A DNA stretch of 64,000 nt, from positions 118,814-182,813 of the forward strand of contig JAZNQD010000009.1 of assembly GCA_045589955.1 (NCBI GenBank), read 5' to 3'. Position 1 is the first letter of the stretch, and each line of letters starts with the position of its first letter. The notes under the pieces are model-generated. The model had not been told where the DNA came from, did no database searches, and saw only the letters and a list, made by a program, of their open reading frames with translations. Below, piece after piece: positions 18,692 through 28,470 of the stretch. The DNA is from Bacilli bacterium. GTDB taxonomy: Bacteria > Bacillota_I > Bacilli_A > ML615J-28 > CAG-313. Position numbers and translations under genes: made by a program.

Positions 18692-19613
18692 TTTTAATTG
18701 TAAATTTTGCAGTGCGAATTTATTAGATATTAAACACAGTACAACAGTTTCTACTCAATTAAAAACTGTTTTAAATACAATAAAACCTGATAATATTATT
18801 TTTACCGGTGGAGATCCATTACTTGTAAGTCCTGACTATTATAATGAAATCTTATCGCTTGGAAACTGGAATATTGCTTTTACTACCAATTTAAAAGATT
18901 TTTATTTAAATCCCACAAAATGGATATCACTGTTTAAAAATCCGAGAGTTGGCATAGGAACCTCTTTTCAATATGGAAACAAAAGATTATGGGATAACAA
19001 CGCTCCTTATACCGAAAAACTATTTATTGATGTTATGCAAAAATTTTATAATGAAATTGGATATACTCCTCCTTTTATTTCATTAATAGATACAGATAAC
19101 GAAGATAAAGCTTTGGACCATGTATACTTAGCTAAAAAATTAAATACAAAATGTAAACTTAACGGTACATTGCCTCTTGGTAAGTCAAAATGTTTTTATC
19201 CAACTTATAAAATGATAAAAATATGGTTAGAAATCAAAGACTTAGGTTTAGAAGAATATTTAGATACACAAATACAGTTTTATGAAGGGGGTTGTAATTT
19301 CAACACAAGCCTTTATTGTGAATCTACTATTCGTACATTTTGGTTAAACGAACATGGTGAAGTACAATATGGAAATTGTGAAGATTGTTCAACACTAGGG
19401 CAACGTATTCCTTTAGATAAAATCAGACCAATACCGGTAAAAAAACAAATTGAAATAAATGATACTATAAACGATAAATGTTGTTATTGTGAATTATTTA
19501 AATTGTGTAACGCTTGTCGTTCCTTACAACGCATAAATAAACAAACCCCCGAGCACTGTGAAGAAATGCTAAAATTAAAACCAAGAATAATAGAGGCAAA
19601 ATGGAAGATATAA
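18657..19613 (+). CDS. radical SAM / SPASM-like protein, family 2
   Basis: GRCNFNCKFC, FTGGDPLL, C-terminal CCYCELFKLCNACR Cys cluster. Confidence 0.75.
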   Translation: MELIIKPTGRCNFNCKFCSANLLDIKHSTTVSTQLKTVLNTIKPDNIIFTGGDPLLVSPDYYNEILSLGNWNIAFTTNLKDFYLNPTKWISLFKNPRVGIGTSFQYGNKRLWDNNAPYTEKLFIDVMQKFYNEIGYTPPFISLIDTDNEDKALDHVYLAKKLNTKCKLNGTLPLGKSKCFYPTYKMIKIWLEIKDLGLEEYLDTQIQFYEGGCNFNTSLYCESTIRTFWLNEHGEVQYGNCEDCSTLGQRIPLDKIRPIPVKKQIEINDTINDKCCYCELFKLCNACRSLQRINKQTPEHCEEMLKLKPRIIEAKWKI

Positions 19614-20401
19614 AGACATTATATGCTATCCCACATTATAATTGTAACTTAGCATGTCCACATTGTGATTTATTTAAAAAACAAACAAATTATGATGAAG
19701 AGCATTTTATGTATTCATTAAATAATGTAAAAGCAGAAGAAATCGTTTTGTTTGGTGGTGAACCTCTTTTATATAAAGACAAATTACTAAAAATACTACA
19801 AACAAATAAAATATCATCTATTTCAACAAATCTATTAAACATTGATTTAGATATCTTAAATAATCTAAAAAAATATAATATACACATAGCTACATCATGG
19901 AATAATATACGATTAAATAAACAACAATATATAACATGGATAAATAATATACATAAAATAAATATATATAATATTGACTGTATTGTACTTATAACTCTGA
20001 CGGATGATCTGATACACAATACTGAGAAACTGACTGATACGCTGACTGATTTAGATAAAACAAGAATAAGAGGTGTATTATTTGAACAACTATTGGATTA
20101 TTCTAAAGACCAAAGTTTTTATGAAAAAGTAGACACGTTCCTATGTAAGATATCCGAAAATTGGCAATATTCGTTCAAAAACTTAATTATTGACAAATTA
20201 AATACTTGGAATTGTGATTGTAAAAAAACATATACTCTCGAACCAACCGGAATAATCCGTAAAGGTTGTCCACAATATATTCAACCACAAATAGTCAATG
20301 AATGCTTATCATGTTCTTTAGCAAATATATGTAAACCTTGTCCGTTACAAAAGCACTGTTCTTTTCCTAAAAAATTATACGTGATGTTTAAAAATGCTTA
20401 A
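19601..20401 (+). CDS. radical SAM / SPASM-like protein, family 2
   Basis: HYNCNLACPHC, FGGEPLL, C-terminal CLSCSLANICKPCPLQKHC. Confidence 0.7.
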   Translation: MEDIKTLYAIPHYNCNLACPHCDLFKKQTNYDEEHFMYSLNNVKAEEIVLFGGEPLLYKDKLLKILQTNKISSISTNLLNIDLDILNNLKKYNIHIATSWNNIRLNKQQYITWINNIHKINIYNIDCIVLITLTDDLIHNTEKLTDTLTDLDKTRIRGVLFEQLLDYSKDQSFYEKVDTFLCKISENWQYSFKNLIIDKLNTWNCDCKKTYTLEPTGIIRKGCPQYIQPQIVNECLSCSLANICKPCPLQKHCSFPKKLYVMFKNA

Positions 20402-21404
20402 TACTAAATATGCTTTAGATATTGTACTTTTTTCTGACTGTAACTTAAATTGTTTACATTGCTTTCAAACACACATAAAAAATGATATAGATAAACAATA
20501 CTTAAATGACTTGCCACAAATTATACATAAACATTTATTAGAAAAGCTTAAAGCAAATCCTAATATAAATGAAATAACTTTATCATTACGTGGCGGTGAA
20601 ATTTTTCAAGATAGATTTTCCGAAGACCAATTAGAACAATACCTTAATGTCTTTAAATTCGTCATACATAATTCACACGAATATTACCCTCATATAAAAT
20701 TTAATTTACATTGTATGTCAAATGGAATTTTTACAAAAACGAATCGTATCATAGATTTTTTAAAACATAACAATATTTCAATATCTTTATCTTATGACGG
20801 TTACGGTAGATTTAATACAAATACACTTTCTAAATTCAAAGAAAATTGTTTGGAACTAAAATCATTTATTAAAGACATTAGTATAACCTTAACCAAGCCT
20901 TCTGTTGAACAATACCTTTCCTCTGATGAATTACTTTTCTTCACTAATCATAATCTATTACTGGACTTTAACTATTACATTCCAACAAAAAATATCGATG
21001 ACTTAATAATATCAGATGAAGTATTATACGCCTTTTACAATTACTTATTAGAAAAGCATATATTTAATTGCAAATATTTAATCGATTTATTTGAAAGTCT
21101 TCTTACAAATAAAAAAATATATCCTTCTTGTAATTGTCAAAATACCGAAGTTTTAGTTAATGGAAAATATTATACAAACTGTACACTTAATAGTTCTTTA
21201 TCAAATATACAAATAAAAAACAAAGCTTTAAACAAAAGACAATGCTTATTTTGTGAAAATTATAATAATTGTTATGGTTATTGTTGGTTATCTATTCTTC
21301 ATGATAAATATATAATTTCAGAATGTCCACACAAAAAACTATTAATACAGATTAAAACGAACCCAATTTATATCAATAATTACTTAAAATGGAAAACACA
21401 ATGA
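20394..21404 (+). CDS. radical SAM / SPASM-like protein, family 2a
   Basis: SDCNLNCLHC, RGGEIFQD, C-terminal RQCLFCENYNNCYGYCWLSIL. Confidence 0.75.
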   Translation: MLNTKYALDIVLFSDCNLNCLHCFQTHIKNDIDKQYLNDLPQIIHKHLLEKLKANPNINEITLSLRGGEIFQDRFSEDQLEQYLNVFKFVIHNSHEYYPHIKFNLHCMSNGIFTKTNRIIDFLKHNNISISLSYDGYGRFNTNTLSKFKENCLELKSFIKDISITLTKPSVEQYLSSDELLFFTNHNLLLDFNYYIPTKNIDDLIISDEVLYAFYNYLLEKHIFNCKYLIDLFESLLTNKKIYPSCNCQNTEVLVNGKYYTNCTLNSSLSNIQIKNKALNKRQCLFCENYNNCYGYCWLSILHDKYIISECPHKKLLIQIKTNPIYINNYLKWKTQ

Positions 21405-22507
21405 CTTTCTCAATTATTCCATTCTATACTCAACCTAAATCATATGAAATAGCTTGTATGTTATTTGAAAGCTGTAATCTTCGTTGTAAATTTTGCTTTG
21501 AACCACATACCAATAATAAAATTGATACAGCATATATCGAAAGTATTCCAGATTTATTATTACCAGAATTCGAAAAGGTATATCAAAAAGATCCTACTAT
21601 TGAACAAATATATCTTATGTTATGGGGAGGAGAAGTTTTCTATGATAGTTTATCCGATGAAGTATTTCAAACATATTATCGGTTTGTAGATAAGTTAACT
21701 GCATTGTTTAATGAACATTTTCCTAAAGTCAAAATACTATTTTCTTGGTTATCAAATGGTGTATTTACAAAAAGAGAACGCGTTGAAAAGATAGTAAGAT
21801 ATTCAAAAGGTATAATAAATTTCAGTTATGATCCAGTAAATCGATTCTCATCACCAAAACAATTACAGATTATGTTAGAAACGGCTATTTATTTTAAAAA
21901 AATTGGATTAGGCGATAAAATTTCAATTACTTTAACAAAAGATTCTATACACGGTTTTATAACTAACAAATCACATTTAATATTCTTTAATAGTTTAGGA
22001 TATAACATAGATGTTAATTACTATATAGCCAATCCAAACTGGAAAGAATTATTACCAACAGATAATGAAATATTTACATTTATTAAATGGGCTTTAGATA
22101 ACCGTTTATTTAATATGAAAATCTTACAAAAACTCTTACTTCCATATCTAAATCAACCGGTCTCACATTATTGTGATTGTAAATATTGTTCACAGCTAAC
22201 CTATGGTGAATGGAGTGTAGATTGTGCAAAATGTAGCTCTGTATTACCAGCAAAAGATTTTTATGGTGAAGCAACTGAAATTATAAATGAAGAAAATACA
22301 AATGATATAAAAGCAACATTAGGTATACGAAAAAGAAAATGCTTATTGTGTAAATATTATAATTCTTGTCAAATGCCTTGTTGGATTTCAATTTTATTTA
22401 AAGGTTTTGAACCCACAGAGTGTTTTTATAAACAAGCTTTTGAATATATCGAACAGCATCCTACTTTTGTAAAAGAGTTTGAAAGGTGGTTGAAAAACAA
22501 TGATTAA
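21389..22507 (+). CDS. radical SAM / SPASM-like protein, family 2a
   Basis: ESCNLRCKFC, WGGEVFYD, RKCLLCKYYNSCQMPCWISIL. An alternative ATG at 21401 gives an ATGA overlap with the upstream stop. Confidence 0.75.
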   Translation: MENTMTFSIIPFYTQPKSYEIACMLFESCNLRCKFCFEPHTNNKIDTAYIESIPDLLLPEFEKVYQKDPTIEQIYLMLWGGEVFYDSLSDEVFQTYYRFVDKLTALFNEHFPKVKILFSWLSNGVFTKRERVEKIVRYSKGIINFSYDPVNRFSSPKQLQIMLETAIYFKKIGLGDKISITLTKDSIHGFITNKSHLIFFNSLGYNIDVNYYIANPNWKELLPTDNEIFTFIKWALDNRLFNMKILQKLLLPYLNQPVSHYCDCKYCSQLTYGEWSVDCAKCSSVLPAKDFYGEATEIINEENTNDIKATLGIRKRKCLLCKYYNSCQMPCWISILFKGFEPTECFYKQAFEYIEQHPTFVKEFERWLKNND

Positions 22508-23585
22508 TATTCCTTCAGAAAATAGATTTGGTTTTGATTGCTTACTTTTCGAGGCTTGTAATTTAAATTGTACGTTTTGTTTAGAAGCACATAATAATAC
22601 TAAAATTGATTATAATTGGATTCAGTCTATTCCTTTACGTCTAGTAGAAAGATTTAAAAAAGAATATGTAAAATTTCCAAATACTAAATTGATTACTATT
22701 AGATTATGGGGTGGAGAACTGTTTTATGATGCTTTACCAGATTCAATATTCCAAGTATATACAGATTTAGTACAATCTTTTATTACTGAATTTGGAATAG
22801 CCTTTCCTGATATTACACTTTCATTTGCTTGGGTATCAAACGGGGTATTCACAAAAACAGAGCGCTTAATTAAATTATTAAAAAACACAAATAGTCTGTT
22901 AAATATTAGTTACGACCCGGTTGGCAGATATAAGACTAAAAAACAAGAAGAATTAATGTTAGCTAATTGTAAATTATTTACGGACTTAAATCTCTTAGAT
23001 GAAATTTCAATAACTTTAACCAAACCTAATATTCAAGCTTATATTACTAATAAATCTAGATTATTTGATCTTAATTTTGTAAAAAAGATAGATATTAATT
23101 ACTATATACCAAATCCACTTTGGAAAGAATTATTACCAAATGATGAAGATTTGTTTATGTTTTTTAAATGGTGTGCCGATAATAGATTTTTTACAATTTT
23201 AGATTTTAAACGAGTTTTAGATACTTTAACTAAACCAAATGAAAAAGTAGAATTAGTATGTAATTGTCATAAACATCTATCTGCTTGTAAAGACTGTATT
23301 ACCTATAATTGTGTTACAAGCTCTTCTATTTTACCACAAAACCTATTTTATGATAAATATACAAATGAAATAAACGAAGATAATGTTAGTGATATAAAAC
23401 GTAAATTAAGTTTGCATAAAAGAGGTTGTTTATTCTGTGAATATGCTAACATTTGTCCTAAAATCTGTTGGACTTCAATTTTATTTAAAGAATATATAGC
23501 AACAGAATGCCCAATGCAACGTTTATATAAATATCTACAAGACAATAAACAAATATTAGAGGATTATAAAAAATGGAGTTATTAA
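22500..23585 (+). CDS. radical SAM / SPASM-like protein, family 2a
   Basis: EACNLNCTFC, WGGELFYD, RGCLFCEYANICPKICWTSIL. SD AAGGTGG. Confidence 0.75.
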   Translation: MINIPSENRFGFDCLLFEACNLNCTFCLEAHNNTKIDYNWIQSIPLRLVERFKKEYVKFPNTKLITIRLWGGELFYDALPDSIFQVYTDLVQSFITEFGIAFPDITLSFAWVSNGVFTKTERLIKLLKNTNSLLNISYDPVGRYKTKKQEELMLANCKLFTDLNLLDEISITLTKPNIQAYITNKSRLFDLNFVKKIDINYYIPNPLWKELLPNDEDLFMFFKWCADNRFFTILDFKRVLDTLTKPNEKVELVCNCHKHLSACKDCITYNCVTSSSILPQNLFYDKYTNEINEDNVSDIKRKLSLHKRGCLFCEYANICPKICWTSILFKEYIATECPMQRLYKYLQDNKQILEDYKKWSY

Positions 23586-24481
23586 ACGGTTTATCTATAA
23601 TGCCCTCTTTATATTGTAACTATAACTGTGAGTATTGCTATTTAGGGGATTTAAGAAAAAACAAAACTCTTTTAGATTTAGATATACTCGCTAATCGTTT
23701 AAATGAAATAACACAAAACTATACAATTCAACATACAACTTTATATGGTGGTGAAATATCTCTATTACCACAAACATACTTAAATGATTTATTGCAACTT
23801 GTAAAAGATTATAATCCAGCGTTTGTAACAAATTTATCCCAAGAATGGTTTTTAAATTACTGCTTAATAAACAATGTTAAACTTAGTATATCGTTAAATG
23901 AAGAAAGAACCAATTACAATAAAACGTTGCAGATTCTTAAGACGTTAAAAGGTATTAAATCAATTTGTTTATCTGTTGTTGTTTTACCTAGTTTACTAAA
24001 GAAAGATTCTTTTGAAATTCTAGATTTTTTTGAAGATTTAGGGTTTGATGTTATTTTTATTCAATATCACCCTTCTATTCATTCTAAAGTCGTTTATAAT
24101 ATCACAACAAAAGATTACAGTGATTTTTTATTACGTATCCTAAAAGCTAAATACGAACGCGACTACAAATTCAAAATACAAAATGAGATTGTGCTTAGAG
24201 ATACAACATACCGAGCAACGGCTGACAGTTTTATGTTTATTAATCAAAATGGTAATTTCAGTTCAATTAAATATAACGAGAAAGAAGAAGAATATTTCGT
24301 AGAATTTAATACTTTACAAGAATGGAAAGACTTTTGTAAGCAAGAACAAAAACTATATTATACAAAGTGTCATGCTTGTAAATATTATAATAAATGTAAA
24401 GCTGAACATTTAGTCAATCTAGAAAAAGATAATTGTTCAGGTCTATATAATTTATTAGAAGAATATTCACAAATTGGATAA
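23573..24481 (+). CDS. radical SAM / SPASM-like protein (paralog of 3157..4059)
   Basis: LYCNYNCEYC, YGGEISLL, C-terminal CHACKYYNKC...CSGLYNLL. SD AGAGGA. Confidence 0.75.
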   Translation: MELLNGLSIMPSLYCNYNCEYCYLGDLRKNKTLLDLDILANRLNEITQNYTIQHTTLYGGEISLLPQTYLNDLLQLVKDYNPAFVTNLSQEWFLNYCLINNVKLSISLNEERTNYNKTLQILKTLKGIKSICLSVVVLPSLLKKDSFEILDFFEDLGFDVIFIQYHPSIHSKVVYNITTKDYSDFLLRILKAKYERDYKFKIQNEIVLRDTTYRATADSFMFINQNGNFSSIKYNEKEEEYFVEFNTLQEWKDFCKQEQKLYYTKCHACKYYNKCKAEHLVNLEKDNCSGLYNLLEEYSQIG

Positions 24482-24487
24482 CAAGAG

Positions 24488-25168
24488 ATGACTGTAACAA
24501 CTGGACAACTTATCGTAAAAACTAGTCGTGATTCATTAGTCGGTGCAATAAATGACTTTAACGATAGAGTGACAAATGCAATTTATAATCAAGTTGCATA
24601 CAATTCTTCAACGTATCCTTATTTTTCTGGATCGGTGACTTATGGTACAACAGGTGCATCATCAGTAGAAGCATTTGTAAATCCTATTGCTATTCCATCT
24701 GGTCAACTCGCTGCTGTTGATACACGTCCTACATGGTCAATCGGTGATACTATAATTACTGCCTCTACACTTTGGAATAATATGTTATCTATTACTAAAA
24801 CTCTCATAAAAATAAGAGGTTTTACTGCAAATTGGTATCATAGAACAGATAGTACAGATAATTTAAAGCAAACAATAAATAGTGTTGGATTTTTTAATTT
24901 AAGTTGGCCAGCAGTGCCCACAGGTACATTAACTGCAGCTACAGCAACATCAAATTGGACCAGAACAGGAACCTTAAATCCTACACTTTCTCCTGCAACA
25001 CAAATTACATCGGGTGCAACAGCTACAGCCGCTACAATGAATAATACTATTCAAAATTGTTATAATGCTTGGAAAACAAATTGCCTTGACAGTAGAGTAG
25101 TATATAATTTTTATACTTGTCATCAAAATTGTCATAGTAGTTGTCATAGTAGTAGAGGACGTAGATAA
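24488..25168 (+). CDS. family-A-like protein with Cys/His/Ser-rich C-terminal tail (putative substrate)
   Basis: Starts MTVTTGQLIVKT...; family A of 17529 starts MSLATGQTIKYK... The body is T/S/A/N-rich. It ends ...NCYNAWKTNCLDSRVVYNFYTCHQNCHSSCHSSRGRR. Confidence 0.55.
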   Translation: MTVTTGQLIVKTSRDSLVGAINDFNDRVTNAIYNQVAYNSSTYPYFSGSVTYGTTGASSVEAFVNPIAIPSGQLAAVDTRPTWSIGDTIITASTLWNNMLSITKTLIKIRGFTANWYHRTDSTDNLKQTINSVGFFNLSWPAVPTGTLTAATATSNWTRTGTLNPTLSPATQITSGATATAATMNNTIQNCYNAWKTNCLDSRVVYNFYTCHQNCHSSCHSSRGRR

Positions 25169-25882
25169 ATGATATATACTGGTCTACCTTATGATATGGA
25201 TATACTTGGTAATATTGACAATGAAGGTGCGGTTGTTGATATGTCAAACTTAAATTACCCTGGTATACAAAAAGAAGATAATGTTAGAGTAAGTTATATT
25301 TATTTAAGAAATACTGCTTTTAATAATGTTACTTTGGATTTTAATCAAACCTCTTATGAATTTAAACGAGATTTCCTTTTATTTTATATAAATGGTGATA
25401 TATTTTATGAAATCGAATCCTGTACAAACACTTGGATTAAGATACTCGGTTTATATAATCAACAAGATTTTCCAATTGATACGATTTTTACACAAGATGA
25501 ATTATGTCAATTTATAAAAGAGAATTTAACTGAGATCATAAAATTAAATAACATCATAGCATCTTTACCTGTATATTTATTTTTACGTTTAAATATTGAA
25601 GATCCTGAAAATTTTAATTTTAATGATATAGAAACAGATGATACTACAACCTGTAACGATAATATCATTTTTATCATTAAAAACCAATTTTTTAATTTTT
25701 TATATGAAGCTTTAAATGCAGATACACCAAGGATATATTCAAAATTATTCACTGAAACGAATAATCTTTTATTTGAAACAATAATGCAATATACACCTTT
25801 CGGTATTTTATTATATGGAATGAATCAACCAGATTGGTCTAAGTTTGTAGATGGATTAGAAACTATTTGTAAGGATATCTAA
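25169..25882 (+). CDS. hypothetical protein
   Basis: 237 aa. ATG immediately follows the upstream stop. Confidence 0.45.
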   Translation: MIYTGLPYDMDILGNIDNEGAVVDMSNLNYPGIQKEDNVRVSYIYLRNTAFNNVTLDFNQTSYEFKRDFLLFYINGDIFYEIESCTNTWIKILGLYNQQDFPIDTIFTQDELCQFIKENLTEIIKLNNIIASLPVYLFLRLNIEDPENFNFNDIETDDTTTCNDNIIFIIKNQFFNFLYEALNADTPRIYSKLFTETNNLLFETIMQYTPFGILLYGMNQPDWSKFVDGLETICKDI

Positions 25883-25884
25883 AT

Positions 25885-26889
25885 ATGCTTAAACAAATAA
25901 AACCTTTATCAATAGAAACAGTATTACAAGATCCATTATATAAATTTGATTATAGTGCAGATTACACAGAAGAAATTTCTATAGATATACCTAATGTTGA
26001 AACATATACAACACCAAATCAATATTTGCGTTATTTAGTAAATAAATTAAGTACTAATATTTCAGAGTATAAATTAAAATACAATAAAATTAATATCGCT
26101 CATAACAATTTAGATGCTTTTTGTACAAAGTCTAAATATATAACCGTAACATTATTAAAGAGTGATTTAACTACCTTTTCAAACCTTATTCTTACAGATT
26201 CAGAGGATTTGGAATACTTATTACAGCATCAATTACAAGAAATATATTATTTTGGAAATACTGATACTTTAGTTTTACCAACTTGTATCCATGAATATCT
26301 ACAAAACAATTCTTATTTAAAATGTAGTATTTTGGCTTATGATTTACACTTAAGTACAAATAAACTACTCAAAACATATAGTGTTCCTTTTGATATTCCA
26401 ACTTTAAAATTTTCCTGTTTATCAAATACTGCATATTATCCTACATTTAAAGAAAAACATTATTTAGAAATACCTACTCCTAAAGAAATTGATTATATAG
26501 ATTGTTATGCATTATATACCAATTTACCAAAAGAATTATATACTAATATAATCTTTGAAAATAAAACTTTACATTACAATATCACTAATAAACAATTTTA
26601 TGGTGCAGAAGGAATAAATGAAACTAATTTAGCTTTATGCTGTAAACATTTATCTGAAAATCCATTAGATAGAGTTATTGTATTACGTTTAACAAAAGAT
26701 GGTCATTTTATACCTCTTTGGAGTACTAAACAATTATTAGCTTCTTTATATATTGGATATCCTGAAATACCTGTATGTATATTAAGTGAACAATATCATT
26801 TACCTACTTCTTTTATTTCTAAGAAAAATGATATTGACATAGAAAAAACAAAAGATTTCTTAAAACCTTACTTTATGTTACATGACTAA
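25885..26889 (+). CDS. hypothetical protein
   Basis: 334 aa. SD AAGGATA. Confidence 0.45.
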   Translation: MLKQIKPLSIETVLQDPLYKFDYSADYTEEISIDIPNVETYTTPNQYLRYLVNKLSTNISEYKLKYNKINIAHNNLDAFCTKSKYITVTLLKSDLTTFSNLILTDSEDLEYLLQHQLQEIYYFGNTDTLVLPTCIHEYLQNNSYLKCSILAYDLHLSTNKLLKTYSVPFDIPTLKFSCLSNTAYYPTFKEKHYLEIPTPKEIDYIDCYALYTNLPKELYTNIIFENKTLHYNITNKQFYGAEGINETNLALCCKHLSENPLDRVIVLRLTKDGHFIPLWSTKQLLASLYIGYPEIPVCILSEQYHLPTSFISKKNDIDIEKTKDFLKPYFMLHD

Positions 26890-27862
26890 AAAAGTAATTT
26901 ATATAAAACTGACAAATGCTTGTAATTTAAAATGTAAACATTGCTATAATGAGATTATGCAAAATCATAATTTTATGTCAGATAATGTTTTAAATCAAAC
27001 AATACAATATATAAAGACTTTTAAAAACACTGAAATAGATTTACATATACATGGTGGAGAACCTCTTTTATTTGATCTTGATAAAATTGAATATCTTATT
27101 TCTGAATTAAAAGATTATACCTTTAAATGGACAGTTACTACTAATCTAATATATGAAATAACAGATAAGCATTTAAATATTTTTAAGAAGATGCTTCCTT
27201 ATGATAATAATCCTTTAATATTAACTTCTTGGGATTATAAAATTCGTTTTAAAGATAATCAACAATCTTTATGGGAAAATAATGTAAGATATCTAATTGA
27301 AAAAGGTATACAAGTACAACCAATTGTATGTTTAACAAATCTTCTTATAGAAAATTTAAAACCAGAAGATATATTTTTGTATTTTAAAAGATTTAATATT
27401 AAACGTTTTAATTTTGAAAGAATAACTAATACTGGAAATGCTTTAGTAAATAATCTTAGACCTACAAATGAAAATTTACAGAATTGGTTATTAGATGCTT
27501 ATAAAATATATGAAAAACGAAAAGATATTGAAATTCCTTTATTTACAGGTTTAGAGTATTCTTTAAAAGGTATTTTTTTAGGTTGTAGAAATAGACAATG
27601 TACTAATAATGTTATAACGATAAATCCAAATGGTACTATAGCTAGTTGTCCTAATACTGCTGATTATACTTTTAATGATATTTTTACTAATAATCTTCAA
27701 ATATCAAAAAAGGACTATATTACAAATAAAGAAAATTCAAAAGATTTAAGATGTTTAATTTGTGAATTTTATAAATATTGTAATGGAGATTGTTTTCAAT
27801 TAGAATTTGATGATACTAATTGTCCTGGATTAAAAAAACTTTATAAGTACCTTTTAAAATAA
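26882..27862 (+). CDS. radical SAM / SPASM-like protein, family 2
   Basis: NACNLKCKHC, HGGEPLLFD, C-terminal LRCLICEFYKYCNGDCFQLEF. Confidence 0.75.
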   Translation: MTKKVIYIKLTNACNLKCKHCYNEIMQNHNFMSDNVLNQTIQYIKTFKNTEIDLHIHGGEPLLFDLDKIEYLISELKDYTFKWTVTTNLIYEITDKHLNIFKKMLPYDNNPLILTSWDYKIRFKDNQQSLWENNVRYLIEKGIQVQPIVCLTNLLIENLKPEDIFLYFKRFNIKRFNFERITNTGNALVNNLRPTNENLQNWLLDAYKIYEKRKDIEIPLFTGLEYSLKGIFLGCRNRQCTNNVITINPNGTIASCPNTADYTFNDIFTNNLQISKKDYITNKENSKDLRCLICEFYKYCNGDCFQLEFDDTNCPGLKKLYKYLLK

Positions 27863-28135
27863 ATTTTTTTCTTTCTAAATCAATACTTTAATATAACAAT
27901 TGGAAATTTAATTTTTTATTTTTCATTTGTAATTCATTTCTATTATATATATTATATAAACAAATTAGGTTTTAGTAGGGTTTTATTAGGATCTCGTTTA
28001 TTTTTTATTGTCTAAATGACATATCGTCCAAATGACGTCTTAGATTCAGATAAATAATTGTTTACTTTATATCCATATTGATTGTTCCATAATTTTTAGT
28101 TTTACGTTTTAATAAAATATATATATTATTCATAT

Positions 28136-28465
28136 ATGCACACACGTACACATGACGCGAGGAACCAGGAAATGTTGTTAAAAGTAGAAAAAGCTAAAAG
28201 TAAATATAGTTTAGGTGAAGTTTATCGTCTCATTGCTGGTAACTATTATTTGGAAATAGGTGGTAAAAGTAACTTAGTTGGATTATATACTGTTTTTACA
28301 AATTTTATGAATGGTAATTTAAAAAACACAAATCCTTTATTTAAGTTAAGTTTTAATGATAATTTCTTTTATATAAAATATACACCATCTAATAAGTTTT
28401 TAGGTATTAAGCGCGAAGAAGTCGAAAATTTATATAAACTCATTCAAGCTGAAATTTGTAAGTAA
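28136..28465 (+). CDS. hypothetical protein
   Basis: 109 aa. An alternative ATG at about 28173 (MLLKVEK) has AGGAACCAGGA upstream. Confidence 0.4.
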   Translation: MHTRTHDARNQEMLLKVEKAKSKYSLGEVYRLIAGNYYLEIGGKSNLVGLYTVFTNFMNGNLKNTNPLFKLSFNDNFFYIKYTPSNKFLGIKREEVENLYKLIQAEICK

Positions 28466-28470
28466 AAAGA

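Noticed and set aside
27863-28135. Searched the larger intergenic regions (2284..2343, 27863..28135, 31519..31660, 36303..36423) for tRNA genes or CRISPR repeats
   Set aside because: No GC-rich cloverleaf stems and no regularly spaced repeats. Only AT-rich spacer with short direct repeats.
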